A stretch of 37,721 nucleotides of DNA from Deltaproteobacteria bacterium (GCA_013202445.1 JABMRW010000087.1:1-37721), one strand, 5' to 3'. Positions 8,186 through 16,752 are shown, counted from the first letter of the stretch. Notes: a model not told the origin generated them from the letters alone. Numbers and translations: made by a program.

Positions 8186-9262
8186 TTACCCCCTCATCTT
8201 TTCGATTATAGCGTCGGCCACCTGCGAGGTGCCGACTACGGCGGCGCCGTCGGGCTTCATATCGTAGGTGACACTCTTCCCCTCGGCGATAACGCCGGCG
8301 ATGGCCTTCTCCAGCCTGTCGGCGGCTTCCGCCTCGCCGATATGTCTTAGCATCATCACCCCGGAAAGCATCATCGACATCGGGTTGACCTTATTCTGCC
8401 CCTTATATTTAGGGGCGCTGCCGTGGGTGGCCTCAAAGACGGCTATCCGGTCGCCCAGGTTGGCGCCGGGAGCCAGTCCTAATCCCCCCACCAGCCCGGC
8501 ACAGAGGTCGGAGATGAGGTCGCCGTAGAGGTTGGGCAGCACCAGCACGCTGAACTGCTGCGGCTTGCGCACCAGCTGCATGCACAGGTTGTCGACGATT
8601 CTGTCCTCGAACTCAATATCGGGGTATTCTTTAGCCACCTCCCTGGCGGTAGCCAGGAACAGCCCGTCGGAGAACTTCATGATATTGGCCTTGTGGGCGG
8701 CGGTGACCTTTTTTCTGTTATTGGCTCTGGCGTATTCAAAGGCGAATTTAACGATGCGGCGGCTGGCGCTCTCGGAAATCACCTTCAGGCTGACGCCGGA
8801 GTCCTCCTTCACCTTGTCCCCCGTGGCCTCGGCCACCAGTTCTCTCAGTTTGGCCGTCTCCGCCTTACCCTTCTCAAACTCGATGCCGCTGTATAAGTCC
8901 TCGGTGTTCTCCCTGACCACGACGATATCGACATTCTTAAATATGGTCGGCGCCCCTGGGTAAATCTTGCAGGGGCGCAGGCAGGTGTAGAGGTCCAGTT
9001 CCTTGCGCAGGGCGACATTGACGCTCCTGAACCCGGAGCCGACCGGGGTGGTCACCGGCCCCTTTATGGCAACCCGGTTCTTCCTGATTGATTTCAGGGT
9101 GGCTTGGGGCAGCAGCTCGCCCAGCTGCTCGCGGGCGTCGGCGCCGGCATAGGCCAGCTCCCATTTAATGCTTACGCCGGTGGCGTCCAGCACCCGCCTG
9201 GTTGCTTCGCTGATTTCGGGCCCCACCCCGTCGCCGGGAATAAGCGTTATATTATGAGCCAT
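8186..9262 (-). CDS. icd: Isocitrate dehydrogenase (beta-decarboxylating dehydrogenase family; isocitrate vs homoisocitrate not resolved)
   Basis: 358 aa. Motifs RENTEDLYSG, NLYGDLISDL and EATHGSAPKY. Context between mdh and the aconitase-like genes. Confidence 0.7.
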   Translation of the reverse strand: MAHNITLIPGDGVGPEISEATRRVLDATGVSIKWELAYAGADAREQLGELLPQATLKSIRKNRVAIKGPVTTPVGSGFRSVNVALRKELDLYTCLRPCKIYPGAPTIFKNVDIVVVRENTEDLYSGIEFEKGKAETAKLRELVAEATGDKVKEDSGVSLKVISESASRRIVKFAFEYARANNRKKVTAAHKANIMKFSDGLFLATAREVAKEYPDIEFEDRIVDNLCMQLVRKPQQFSVLVLPNLYGDLISDLCAGLVGGLGLAPGANLGDRIAVFEATHGSAPKYKGQNKVNPMSMMLSGVMMLRHIGEAEAADRLEKAIAGVIAEGKSVTYDMKPDGAAVVGTSQVADAIIEKMRG

Positions 9263-9302
9263 ATTTATTTATTCTACCCCCTCCCCCTTGTTGAAGTCTT
9301 GT

Positions 9303-9453
9303 ATTACTTCCCGCACCGCCCGCCCTCATAGGCTGCGCTTCTGTAACTTGCTTCCCCACCCCCCAAAAAAGGAGAGTGAAGAGAGGTATAACTTCTATAG
9401 GGTGGGAGGGTGGGAAATAAAACGCAATCTAAAAATTTAGCTAATCCCTCCCC
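9303..9453 (+). repeat. Composite repeat (C-rich arm + family-A copy A5), about 150 nt, paralogous to 4911-5058
   Basis: Alignable along its length to 4911-5058. GGGTGGGAGGGTGGG at 9400-9414. The ends TTCCCGCACCGCCCGCCC and GGGTGGGAGGGTGGGAA form an imperfect inverted repeat. Confidence 0.8.
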
Positions 9454-9468
9454 TTATCCCCCTCTATA

Positions 9469-9963
9469 TTATAATATAAAATCGCCGTACTTCTGTATAT
9501 AGGGCACCAGCCCGCCTTTATTCAGTATATCCAGCATAACCTTGGGCAGCTTGCCAAAGGTGAGCTTCTGCCCGCTGGTTTTATCATAGACGGTGCCCTT
9601 TGCCAGGTCCACCTCCAGCTCGTCCCCGTCGGCGATGCCGTCGGTGTCGCAGATGAGCACCGGCAGCCCCAGGTTGATGGCGTTTCTAAAGAAGATTCGG
9701 GCCACCGATTTGGCCAGTATGGCGCTGACCCCGGCCATCTTGATAACCAGCGGAGCGTGCTCCCGGCTGGAGCCGAGGCCGAAATTACTGCCGCCGACGA
9801 TAAAGTCCCCCTTATTCACCTTACCGGAAAAATCGGGGTCGGCGTCCTCCATGACGTGCTTGGCCAGCTCCGGCAGGTTGCTCCTTAAGTAGGCGTAGCG
9901 CCCCGGTATTATGTGGTCGGTGGAGATGCCGTCGCCGAATTTAAAGGCTTTTCCCTTTAGCAT
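9469..9963 (-). CDS. Aconitase-family dehydratase small subunit (HacB/LeuD type)
   Basis: 164 aa. Motifs GSNFGLGSSREHA and IIPGRYAYLRSN; the YLRS loop resembles the YLRT loop I recall for archaeal homoaconitase HacB. Confidence 0.8.
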   Translation of the reverse strand: MLKGKAFKFGDGISTDHIIPGRYAYLRSNLPELAKHVMEDADPDFSGKVNKGDFIVGGSNFGLGSSREHAPLVIKMAGVSAILAKSVARIFFRNAINLGLPVLICDTDGIADGDELEVDLAKGTVYDKTSGQKLTFGKLPKVMLDILNKGGLVPYIQKYGDFIL

Positions 9964-11217
9964 TTATTTCACATCCCTGGGGTCGGTGATTTCTCCGGTG
10001 ATAACGGTGGCTGCCGCCGTGGCCGGACTGCCCAGGTAGATAAAGGCCTCGGGGCTGCCCATCCGCCCCTTAAAGTTGCGGTTGGCGGTGGAAAGGCAGG
10101 CTTCCCCGCTGGCCAGCACCCCCTGGTGCAGACCGAGGCAGGCGGCGCAGCCGGGGGGCATGATGACGGCTCCGGCCTCAACTAAGGTGCGGATATAGCC
10201 GGCGCTGATGGCGTCCAGCAGGATTTGGGGCGAAGCCGGGGCGATGATGAAACGGGTCCGGGGGTGGTGTTTCTTCCCTTTTAAGATAGCGGCGGCGGTG
10301 GCGATGTCCTCCAGCCGCCCGTTGGTGCAGGTGCCGATGAACACCTGGTCTATTTTAGTCCCTTTTAGCTCCCGGGCCGGGGCGATATTGGCCACCTGGT
10401 GGGGTTTGGCCACCGTCGGCTCCAGCGCCGTCAAATTGATATTAATCTGGCTTTCGTAGCAGGCGTCTTTGTCAGCAGAAAACGGCTGGTAGTCTTCGCC
10501 CCGCTTCTGGTGGTTCAGATAGTTCCGGGTGACCCTGTCGGCCGGGAAAAGGCCCACTTTAGCCCCCGCCTCCACCGCCATATTGGCGATGGTCAGCCTG
10601 TCGGACATGGTTAAACGATCCAGCCCCTCCCCGCCGAACTCCAGGGCCTTGTAGGTAGCCCCGTCGGCGCCGATGCTGCCGATAAGATTCAGCACCAGGT
10701 CTTTAGCCATCACCCCCCGCCTGAACTCCCCTGTAACTGATATTTTAATGCTCTCCGGTACCCGGAACCATGTCTTGCCCAGGGCAAAGACGACGGCCAC
10801 GTCTGAGGAGCCCATGCCGGTGGCGAAGGCCCCCAGGGCGCCGGCGGTGACGGTATGGGAATCGGCCCCGACGACGACATCGCCCGGTTTGGTCATGGAT
10901 TCGGCCACCAGCTGGTGGCAGATACCGCCGCCGACATCGGAAATCAGGCAGCCCGTTTCCCGGGCGAACTGGCGCATAAACTGGTGGTCGCTGGCCAGCT
11001 CGCGGTTGGGGCTGGGGGCGGCGTGGTCGAAAAAGAGGGCTGTTTTTTCAGGGTTGGCTAATCGCTCAAAATTACCGGCCTGGAACTGCCTTATCGTCAG
11101 CGGGCCGGTGGTATCCTGGGCAAAGACCAGGTCTACCTGGGCGATAACAATATCTCCGGCGCGGGCGTCACAGCCCGATTTTAGAGAGAGAATCTTCTCA
11201 GCTAATGTCTTACCCAC
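9964..11217 (-). CDS. Aconitase-family dehydratase large subunit (HacA/LeuC type)
   Basis: 417 aa. Motifs VGADSHT, IGTCTNGRLED and PPGCAACLG (Fe-S cluster ligands). Abuts the small-subunit gene. Confidence 0.85.
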   Translation of the reverse strand: MGKTLAEKILSLKSGCDARAGDIVIAQVDLVFAQDTTGPLTIRQFQAGNFERLANPEKTALFFDHAAPSPNRELASDHQFMRQFARETGCLISDVGGGICHQLVAESMTKPGDVVVGADSHTVTAGALGAFATGMGSSDVAVVFALGKTWFRVPESIKISVTGEFRRGVMAKDLVLNLIGSIGADGATYKALEFGGEGLDRLTMSDRLTIANMAVEAGAKVGLFPADRVTRNYLNHQKRGEDYQPFSADKDACYESQININLTALEPTVAKPHQVANIAPARELKGTKIDQVFIGTCTNGRLEDIATAAAILKGKKHHPRTRFIIAPASPQILLDAISAGYIRTLVEAGAVIMPPGCAACLGLHQGVLASGEACLSTANRNFKGRMGSPEAFIYLGSPATAAATVITGEITDPRDVK

Positions 11218-11238
11218 TTAAGCCCTTGCTAGTAGCTC

Positions 11239-13149
11239 TTATACGATTACCGCCAGGACGTCGTCCCGGGCCACTTTATCGCCACTGGCGAAGTTTATCT
11301 CTTTAACCTTGCCCGCTACCGGGGTGGTTATGGAGTTGGCCATCTTCATCGCTTCCAAGATAAGGATAACGTCGTCGGCTTTAACCTCGTCGCCAGCTTT
11401 AACCTCGTAGCTGATGATGATGCCGGGCATGGGGGCGATAATCTGGGTCTCTCCGGCTTTTTTGGCCGGCGGCGCTTTCTTCTCCACCTCTTCGTAGCCT
11501 TCGGCTTCAGCCGCCGGCTTGGCCGGGGCTGGTGGCGCCGGGGCTTTGGGCGCCGCCGGGGCTTGGGGCGCGGTTGTTACTTCACCTTCCACTGGCTCCA
11601 CGTTAACGGTTAAAACATTTTCGCCCAGATAAACCCTGTATGCCTTAACGCCGGAGCTCCGGGTCTCCGCCTCTCGCTCGGCCAGCTTGCCCGCTTTCAG
11701 CTTGGCAATAAGCTGTTCTTCGTGCTTGACATCGTTCAGCGTCTTAGCCCTGGTCTCCTCGGGCGGCGCCTCCAGCCCGTACTTCCATCTCAAAAAGCGC
11801 ATTCCGGTGGTGGGGTAGAGGGCGTAGATAAGCACATCCCCCATATCTTTGGCGATGTCTTTAGTCGCCTCTTTAGCCTTCTCCATCTCCGGCTCCAGCA
11901 TATCGGCGGCCCGGCAGGTGATGGGTTTTTCTCCCCGCGGGTAGCCCTTGAGGGCTTTCTTCTGCACCTCGGGGTCGATTGGGGCCGGCGGCTTGCCGTA
12001 GAGGCCGTAGCAGTAGTCCTTTATCTGGTCGGAGATCATCTTGTAGCGGCCGAAGAGGACGTTCTGCACCGCCTGGATGCCGACAATCTGGCTGGTGGGG
12101 GTTACCAGCGGCGGGTAGCCCAGCTCTTTGCGCACCCGGGGCAGCTCGGCGTAGACCTCTTCTATTTTATCCAGGGCGCCGGCCTCCCGCAGCTGGGCGA
12201 CCAGGTTGGTGGTCATCCCGCCCGGAATCTGGTGTATCAGCACGGCGGTATCGATGACGGACATGCGGGTGGTATCCAGGAACTCCCGGTACTTGGGGGC
12301 TATGGACTCCATATACTGCCCCAGGGTAAACAGGTGGGGCAGGTTGAGTCCGGTGTCCCGCGGCGTCCCCTGCAGGGCAACAACTATCGGCTCCACCGGG
12401 GGCAGCGAGGTGCGCAGGGCGAAGGGCGCCAGCGCCGTGTCGACAATATCCACCCCGGCCTCGATAGCCTTGAGACAGCTCATCATCGCCATGCCGCTGG
12501 TGTGGTGGGTGTGCAGCTGCACGGGTATCTTTATCGCCTTCTTCAGGGCTGAAATCAGGGTATAGGCGTCGTCGGGGGATATCAGCCCGGCCATGTCCTT
12601 GATGCACAGGCTGTCGGCCCCCATCTCCTCCAGTATACGCGCTTTATTAACGAAATAATCTATGTTATATACCGGCCCCCCCAGCTTGCGCTCGGTGAGG
12701 GAGTAGCTTAAGGAAAGCTGGGCGTGCTTGCCGCACTCTTTGACCGCCTTGAGGCTGGTGACGAAGTTGCGCTCATCGTTGACGGCGTCGAAGATGCGGA
12801 AGATGTCTATTCCCACCTCGGCGGCATGGTGCACGAAGGCGGTAACCACGTCGTCGGCGTAGTTGCGGTAGCCCACCAGGTTCTGTCCCCGTAATAGCAT
12901 CTGGAGGGGGGTATCGGGCATCAGCTTTTTCAGGATGCGGGGCCGGTCCCAGGGGTCTTCGTTCAAGAAGCGGGTGGGCACGTCAAAGGTAGCCCCGCCC
13001 CACACCTCCATGGAATAAAACCCCGCCTTGTTCATCTCGGCGGCGATGGGTTCCATGTCTTCGGTGCGCATTCTCGTCGCCAGCGATGACTGGTGTCCGT
13101 CACGGAAGGTAACATCGGTTATCTTTAATCGATTGGTTGCCTTCTCCAT
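11239..13149 (-). CDS. Carboxyltransferase 5S-type subunit (oxaloacetate decarboxylase alpha / pyruvate carboxylase B family) fused to a biotinyl carrier domain
   Basis: N-terminal ITDVTFRDGHQS TIM-barrel motif. Pro/Ala-rich linker (APQAPAAPKAPAPPAPAKPAAEAE). C-terminal biotinylation motif EAMKM. Confidence 0.85.
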   Translation of the reverse strand: MEKATNRLKITDVTFRDGHQSSLATRMRTEDMEPIAAEMNKAGFYSMEVWGGATFDVPTRFLNEDPWDRPRILKKLMPDTPLQMLLRGQNLVGYRNYADDVVTAFVHHAAEVGIDIFRIFDAVNDERNFVTSLKAVKECGKHAQLSLSYSLTERKLGGPVYNIDYFVNKARILEEMGADSLCIKDMAGLISPDDAYTLISALKKAIKIPVQLHTHHTSGMAMMSCLKAIEAGVDIVDTALAPFALRTSLPPVEPIVVALQGTPRDTGLNLPHLFTLGQYMESIAPKYREFLDTTRMSVIDTAVLIHQIPGGMTTNLVAQLREAGALDKIEEVYAELPRVRKELGYPPLVTPTSQIVGIQAVQNVLFGRYKMISDQIKDYCYGLYGKPPAPIDPEVQKKALKGYPRGEKPITCRAADMLEPEMEKAKEATKDIAKDMGDVLIYALYPTTGMRFLRWKYGLEAPPEETRAKTLNDVKHEEQLIAKLKAGKLAEREAETRSSGVKAYRVYLGENVLTVNVEPVEGEVTTAPQAPAAPKAPAPPAPAKPAAEAEGYEEVEKKAPPAKKAGETQIIAPMPGIIISYEVKAGDEVKADDVILILEAMKMANSITTPVAGKVKEINFASGDKVARDDVLAVIV

Positions 13150-13169
13150 TGGATTTCTTCCCCTTTTTA

Positions 13170-13262
13170 TTATTTTTTAACGGGAGCAGGTGGCTTTTCC
13201 GCCTTGATATAGGTGATGACGGCGCTGATGATGGCGGCAGTTAGCTTCTTTTTGTCTTTCAT
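13170..13262 (-). CDS. Candidate 30-aa small subunit-like peptide (MKDKKKLTAAIISAVITYIKAEKPPAPVKK)
   Basis: The internal Met of the 72-aa track ORF starts 17 nt after the 12S stop. The AAIISAVITY segment resembles the short OadG/decarboxylase-associated peptides, but only weakly and from memory. Confidence 0.3.
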   Translation of the reverse strand: MKDKKKLTAAIISAVITYIKAEKPPAPVKK

Positions 13263-13278
13263 CTTATTCCTGCCGCTC

Positions 13279-14823
13279 TTACAGTGGAATATTGCCGTGT
13301 TTTTTCTGGAGGCGTGGGCCTGGCGGCCCCTCCAGCGTCTCCAGCGCCCTGATGAGCCTGGCGCGGGTCTGCCTGGGGTCGATGACATTATCTATATAGC
13401 CCCGCCCTGCCGCCAGGTAGGGGTGAGCGAACTTCTCCTTGTAGTCGCTTACCAGTTGTTTTCTGGTTTCGTCCGGTTTGTCGGAGTTGGCTATAGCCTG
13501 CTTAAAGAGGATATTTACCGCCCCCTCCGGCCCCATGACGGCAATCTCGGCGCTGGGCCAGGCGTAGTTGATGTCCCCCCGCAGGTGCTTGGAGCTCATC
13601 ACGATGTAAGCCCCCCCGTAGGCCTTGCGGGTGATAACGGTGATTTTGGGCACGGTGGCCTCGGCGTAGGCGTAGATGAACTTGGCGCCGTGCCGGATGA
13701 TGCCCCCCTTCTCCTCCTTGGGCCCGGGCATAAAGCCGGGGACGTCGACGAAGCTGACCAGGGGGATGTTAAAGGCGTCGCAGAAGCGGACGAAGCGGGC
13801 CCCCTTGACCGAGGCGTTGATATCGATAATCCCGGCCATATGGGCCGGCTGCTGGGCGACTATACCCACCGCCTTGCCGTCCAGTCGGGCAAAACCGACG
13901 ATTAAATTAGAAGCGAAGTCCTGGTGAACCTCCATAAAGTCGCCGTTGTCGACCACGCTGGTAATTATACGCTTCATGTCGTAGACCTTGCCCGAATCAT
14001 CCGGTATGATTTCGAGCAGGTTTTCATCAGTCCGGTTGGGGTCGTCGCTCGGTTTTATTCGGGGCGGGTCGTCGCGGAAGCTCTGGGGGAGGTAGCCTAA
14101 CAGGCGGCGCACCTTCTCCAGACACTCCTGTTCACTGTCGGTGACGAAGTGGGCTACCCCGCTCTTCTCGGAGTGGACTTTAGCCCCGCCCAGCTCCTCG
14201 TGGCTGATGTCTATACTTATCACCGCCTTGACCACGTCGGGGCCGGTGATGTACATCTGGCTTATCCCCTCCACCATAAAGACGAAATCGGTTATGGCCG
14301 GCGAGTAAACAGCGCCCCCCGCCGATGGCCCCATCACCACCGATATCTGCGGGATGACGCCGGAACACAGCGTGTTGCGCAAAAGGATGTCGCCGACGCC
14401 GCCCAGGCTGCCCACCCCTTCCTGGATGCGGGCGCCCCCGGAGTCCCAGATGGCGATGACCGGCGCTCCCTTTTTAACGGCTAAATCGATAACCTTGCAG
14501 GCTTTTTTGGCCGATACCTCGGAGATGGTCCCGCCGAGGACGGTGAAGTCCTGGGAATAAATAAAGACCAGGCGGCCGTCTATTTTCCCTGAGCCGGCGA
14601 CCACGGAATCGCCCAGGTATTTTTGGTCGGCTAACCCGAACTCGGTGGCCTGGTGGGTGACGAAGGGGTCAAGCTCCTCAAAGCTGCCTTTATCCAGCAG
14701 CAGGTCAATTCTCTCCCTAGCGGTCAGCTTGCCTTTGGCGTGCTGCTGCTCGATGCGCTTGGCTCCGCCCCCCGCCCGGGCTTGCTTTTCCATCTTTGTT
14801 AGTTTGGCCAGTTTATCTTTCAT
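13279..14823 (-). CDS. Acyl-CoA carboxyltransferase, 12S / propionyl-CoA carboxylase beta type (methylmalonyl-CoA carboxyltransferase-like)
   Basis: Two carboxyl-transferase halves (…GGARIQEGV…, …GGAYIVMSSK…). I prefer ATG 14823 (MKDKLAKLTKMEKQ) over the track start at 14877. Confidence 0.85.
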   Translation of the reverse strand: MKDKLAKLTKMEKQARAGGGAKRIEQQHAKGKLTARERIDLLLDKGSFEELDPFVTHQATEFGLADQKYLGDSVVAGSGKIDGRLVFIYSQDFTVLGGTISEVSAKKACKVIDLAVKKGAPVIAIWDSGGARIQEGVGSLGGVGDILLRNTLCSGVIPQISVVMGPSAGGAVYSPAITDFVFMVEGISQMYITGPDVVKAVISIDISHEELGGAKVHSEKSGVAHFVTDSEQECLEKVRRLLGYLPQSFRDDPPRIKPSDDPNRTDENLLEIIPDDSGKVYDMKRIITSVVDNGDFMEVHQDFASNLIVGFARLDGKAVGIVAQQPAHMAGIIDINASVKGARFVRFCDAFNIPLVSFVDVPGFMPGPKEEKGGIIRHGAKFIYAYAEATVPKITVITRKAYGGAYIVMSSKHLRGDINYAWPSAEIAVMGPEGAVNILFKQAIANSDKPDETRKQLVSDYKEKFAHPYLAAGRGYIDNVIDPRQTRARLIRALETLEGPPGPRLQKKHGNIPL

Positions 14824-14936
14824 GGTCACACCATTATTTAGAGTAATTATGCGTACAGATGCCAATGATAATATCACAGTGAGAGTGTTTTAGGCAAGTT
14901 CTGAAGCTAATTATAGGGTACCCTCACCCCCTTAAT

Positions 14937-14997
14937 CCCCCTCTCCCTTGAGGGAGAGGGGGAAATAAAATTAAAAAGAGGGGCTAGCGCCCCTCTT
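14937..14997. repeat. Family-B double-hairpin repeat, copy B2 (likely minus-strand terminator for 15096..15482)
   Basis: Stem ccccctctccct/agggagaggggg (14937-14962). Hairpin aagaggggc-tagc-gcccctctt (14976-14997). On the minus strand the second hairpin is followed by TTTAATTTTATTT. Confidence 0.75.
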
Positions 14998-15095
14998 GGA
15001 CTCCCTATTATAATTTGGAGGTTTGCCTCTCTTAAACACCCAGTCTTGTTATTGGATTTCTCGCCGGGGTAATATTGTGTCTGTCTCAGCAGGTA

Positions 15096-15482
15096 TTATT
15101 GTATTATTGGTGGAGCAGCTTCAGGCTCGCAACTAATCCAGATAAGCGATATTTTATTAGTCCCCTCCGTATACGTCCATGTAGTCGAGCCATAAAGGTC
15201 TTCACCTTTGTACTTGACCACAACTGCTCCTTGAATTCTCCATTGTCCATCACCCTCATAAGCAGCAGCCCAATCCCCCACTGGATTCATGTGTCCGTAC
15301 GTTCCCAGCTGTTCATCTTCCGGCAAGTAACTGTTAATGTAGGGCACGCCATAGACCTTGATTACGGAAATGACCTGTTCGTTAGTTGAGGTAGGGCGGT
15401 CAGTCGCAGCACAACCTAGAAGCGAAACAACGACTAAAACGGCAAAACCAATAAGCAATAGCCGCTTAGCTTTATTTTTCAT
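15096..15482 (-). CDS. Small lipoprotein of unknown function (low-GC cassette)
   Basis: 128 aa. Signal peptide with lipobox LLGC. A sampled 60-nt line is about 45% GC. Confidence 0.6.
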   Translation of the reverse strand: MKNKAKRLLLIGFAVLVVVSLLGCAATDRPTSTNEQVISVIKVYGVPYINSYLPEDEQLGTYGHMNPVGDWAAAYEGDGQWRIQGAVVVKYKGEDLYGSTTWTYTEGTNKISLIWISCEPEAAPPIIQ

Positions 15483-15574
15483 TTCAGTTTCCCCCCTGAT
15501 ACCTAATAATACTACGTGTTAATAGGCTGTCAAGTAGCACCCTATCAGACCATCATGCCCCCCTTTTAGGGGTG

Positions 15575-15660
15575 TTAAAGAGGGTGCTAACCCCTTTAGG
15601 GTGGGTCAGGGTGGGAAGAAAAACACCCGCTAGCAGGGGGTGGGCTAAAAACCCAGCTTA
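15575..15660 (+). repeat. Family-A intergenic repeat, copy A6
   Basis: Imperfect hairpin, then GGGTGGGTCAGGGTGGG (15599-15615) and aagaaaaacacccgcta. Confidence 0.7.
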
Positions 15661-15663
15661 AAG

Positions 15664-16365
15664 CTACCGCCTGCCGACGGGGATTATATACAGGGGCTGT
15701 TCATCGGCGGGCAGATTGAGCAGTTGGCTTACCTGGTCATCATGAAAGGCGCCTACCGTCACGGCTCCCAGCCCCAGGGCGGTGGCCTGGAGGCACAGGT
15801 TCTGGGCGGCGTGCCCCGCCTCCATGTGGACGTATCTTACGCCCCTGTCGCCGTATTTAACGGTTGTCCTTTCGTAAACGGCGGTGAAGACAATGGAGAC
15901 GGCTCCCTCCTTTACCCAGGCCTGCCCCAGCGCGGCCTCGGCTAACTCGGCTCGCCTATCACCATCCATGGTTTTAACCAGTTGGTGGCCGTCCGGTTGA
16001 TAGCGGTAAACCCCCGCTGTCAAATCTTCCCCATCACCCGCCACCAGATATAGCTCCAGCGGGTACAGCGCCCCGGCCGATGGCGCCGCTCTTAAGCCCC
16101 CGGGGTCGGTAAGCCCCTGGGCCGCCCATAGCAGCTGAGATAGTTCCTGGAGTGTTAGCGGCTCGCCGGTGTAGCTCCTGATTGACCTCCGGTTAAGCAG
16201 GCTTTGCTCAAGAGATACCTCGCTGTCGTAGCTTAGCTCGGGTAGCTTTATCACCTCGGCTTGCTCCTGGGAAGGCGTTGGGGTTAGCTCTGGTTGGGGA
16301 CAGCCGCAGAGAGTCACCAGCAGTATGGCTAGAGTGGTCAGATAATACCGATAATAACGCCCCAT
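15664..16365 (-). CDS. SagB-type / nitroreductase-fold dehydrogenase with lipoprotein-type signal peptide
   Basis: 233 aa. N-terminus [22 protein letters not shown]. Core [27 protein letters not shown] is typical of the SagB/ThcOx nitroreductase family. Confidence 0.75.
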   Translation of the reverse strand: MGRYYRYYLTTLAILLVTLCGCPQPELTPTPSQEQAEVIKLPELSYDSEVSLEQSLLNRRSIRSYTGEPLTLQELSQLLWAAQGLTDPGGLRAAPSAGALYPLELYLVAGDGEDLTAGVYRYQPDGHQLVKTMDGDRRAELAEAALGQAWVKEGAVSIVFTAVYERTTVKYGDRGVRYVHMEAGHAAQNLCLQATALGLGAVTVGAFHDDQVSQLLNLPADEQPLYIIPVGRR

Positions 16366-16448
16366 CTTTTACCTCCCCGCCACTCTGTATCATACATAAT
16401 AGCCGATTTTAACCGTCTGTCAAGATTTATCAACCTCACCCCCTTAAT

Positions 16449-16512
16449 CCCCCTCTCCACTCTTGGAGAGGGGGATTTTTTTTCTTTAGAAGAGGGGGCT
16501 TCGCCCCCTCTT
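16449..16512. repeat. Family-B double-hairpin repeat, copy B3 (plus-strand intrinsic-terminator geometry)
   Basis: Stem ccccctctcca/tggagaggggg (16449-16474) followed by an 8-T run (16476-16483). Hairpin aagagggggc/gccccctctt (16490-16512). Confidence 0.8.
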
Positions 16513-16541
16513 AAACACCCCTTTTCCCCACCCCCCTAATA

Positions 16542-16621
16542 AAGAAATTGATAGAAGTACCACTTCTGTAGGGTAGGAGGGTGGGAAGCAAAACACACGC
16601 CAAAAACCTGACTCCACCCCC
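16542..16621 (+). repeat. Family-A intergenic repeat, copy A7 (degenerate G-tract)
   Basis: aagaaattgatagaagtaccacttctgta + GGGTAGGAGGGTGGG (16571-16585; the second tract is reduced to GG). Confidence 0.8.
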
Positions 16622-16752
16622 TTAGCCTCCGCTTAACATAACGCTAATAACAAATCCCACGCTCAACCACGCCTGAATTGTTTCCCCCATTTTTTTAGTG
16701 CTGTTTTTCCTTCCCCTTCTCCCCTCACCATCTAGCCACCCCGCCCAAAGGG

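Noticed and set aside
8186-11217. Annotating the three genes as leuB-leuD-leuC (leucine biosynthesis)
   Set aside because: No leuA or ilv genes are adjacent. Neighbours are mdh and fumarase. The small-subunit loop is YLRS rather than a hydrophobic LeuD-type loop. This is kept as an open alternative in the corresponding finding.
11722-12552. 276-aa plus-strand ORF (with 11979..12257, 12206..12565 and minus-strand 12167..12607) overlapping the 5S carboxyltransferase gene
   Set aside because: Long alternative-frame or antisense ORFs are expected in ~65-70% GC coding DNA. There are no motifs, whereas the annotated minus frame carries unmistakable family motifs.
13170-13388. 72-aa ORF as given in the track
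   Set aside because: Its first 42 codons overlap the 3' end of the 12S carboxyltransferase gene in another frame and are Arg/Gly/Pro-rich noise. Only the last 30 codons (13170..13262) are a plausible independent small gene.
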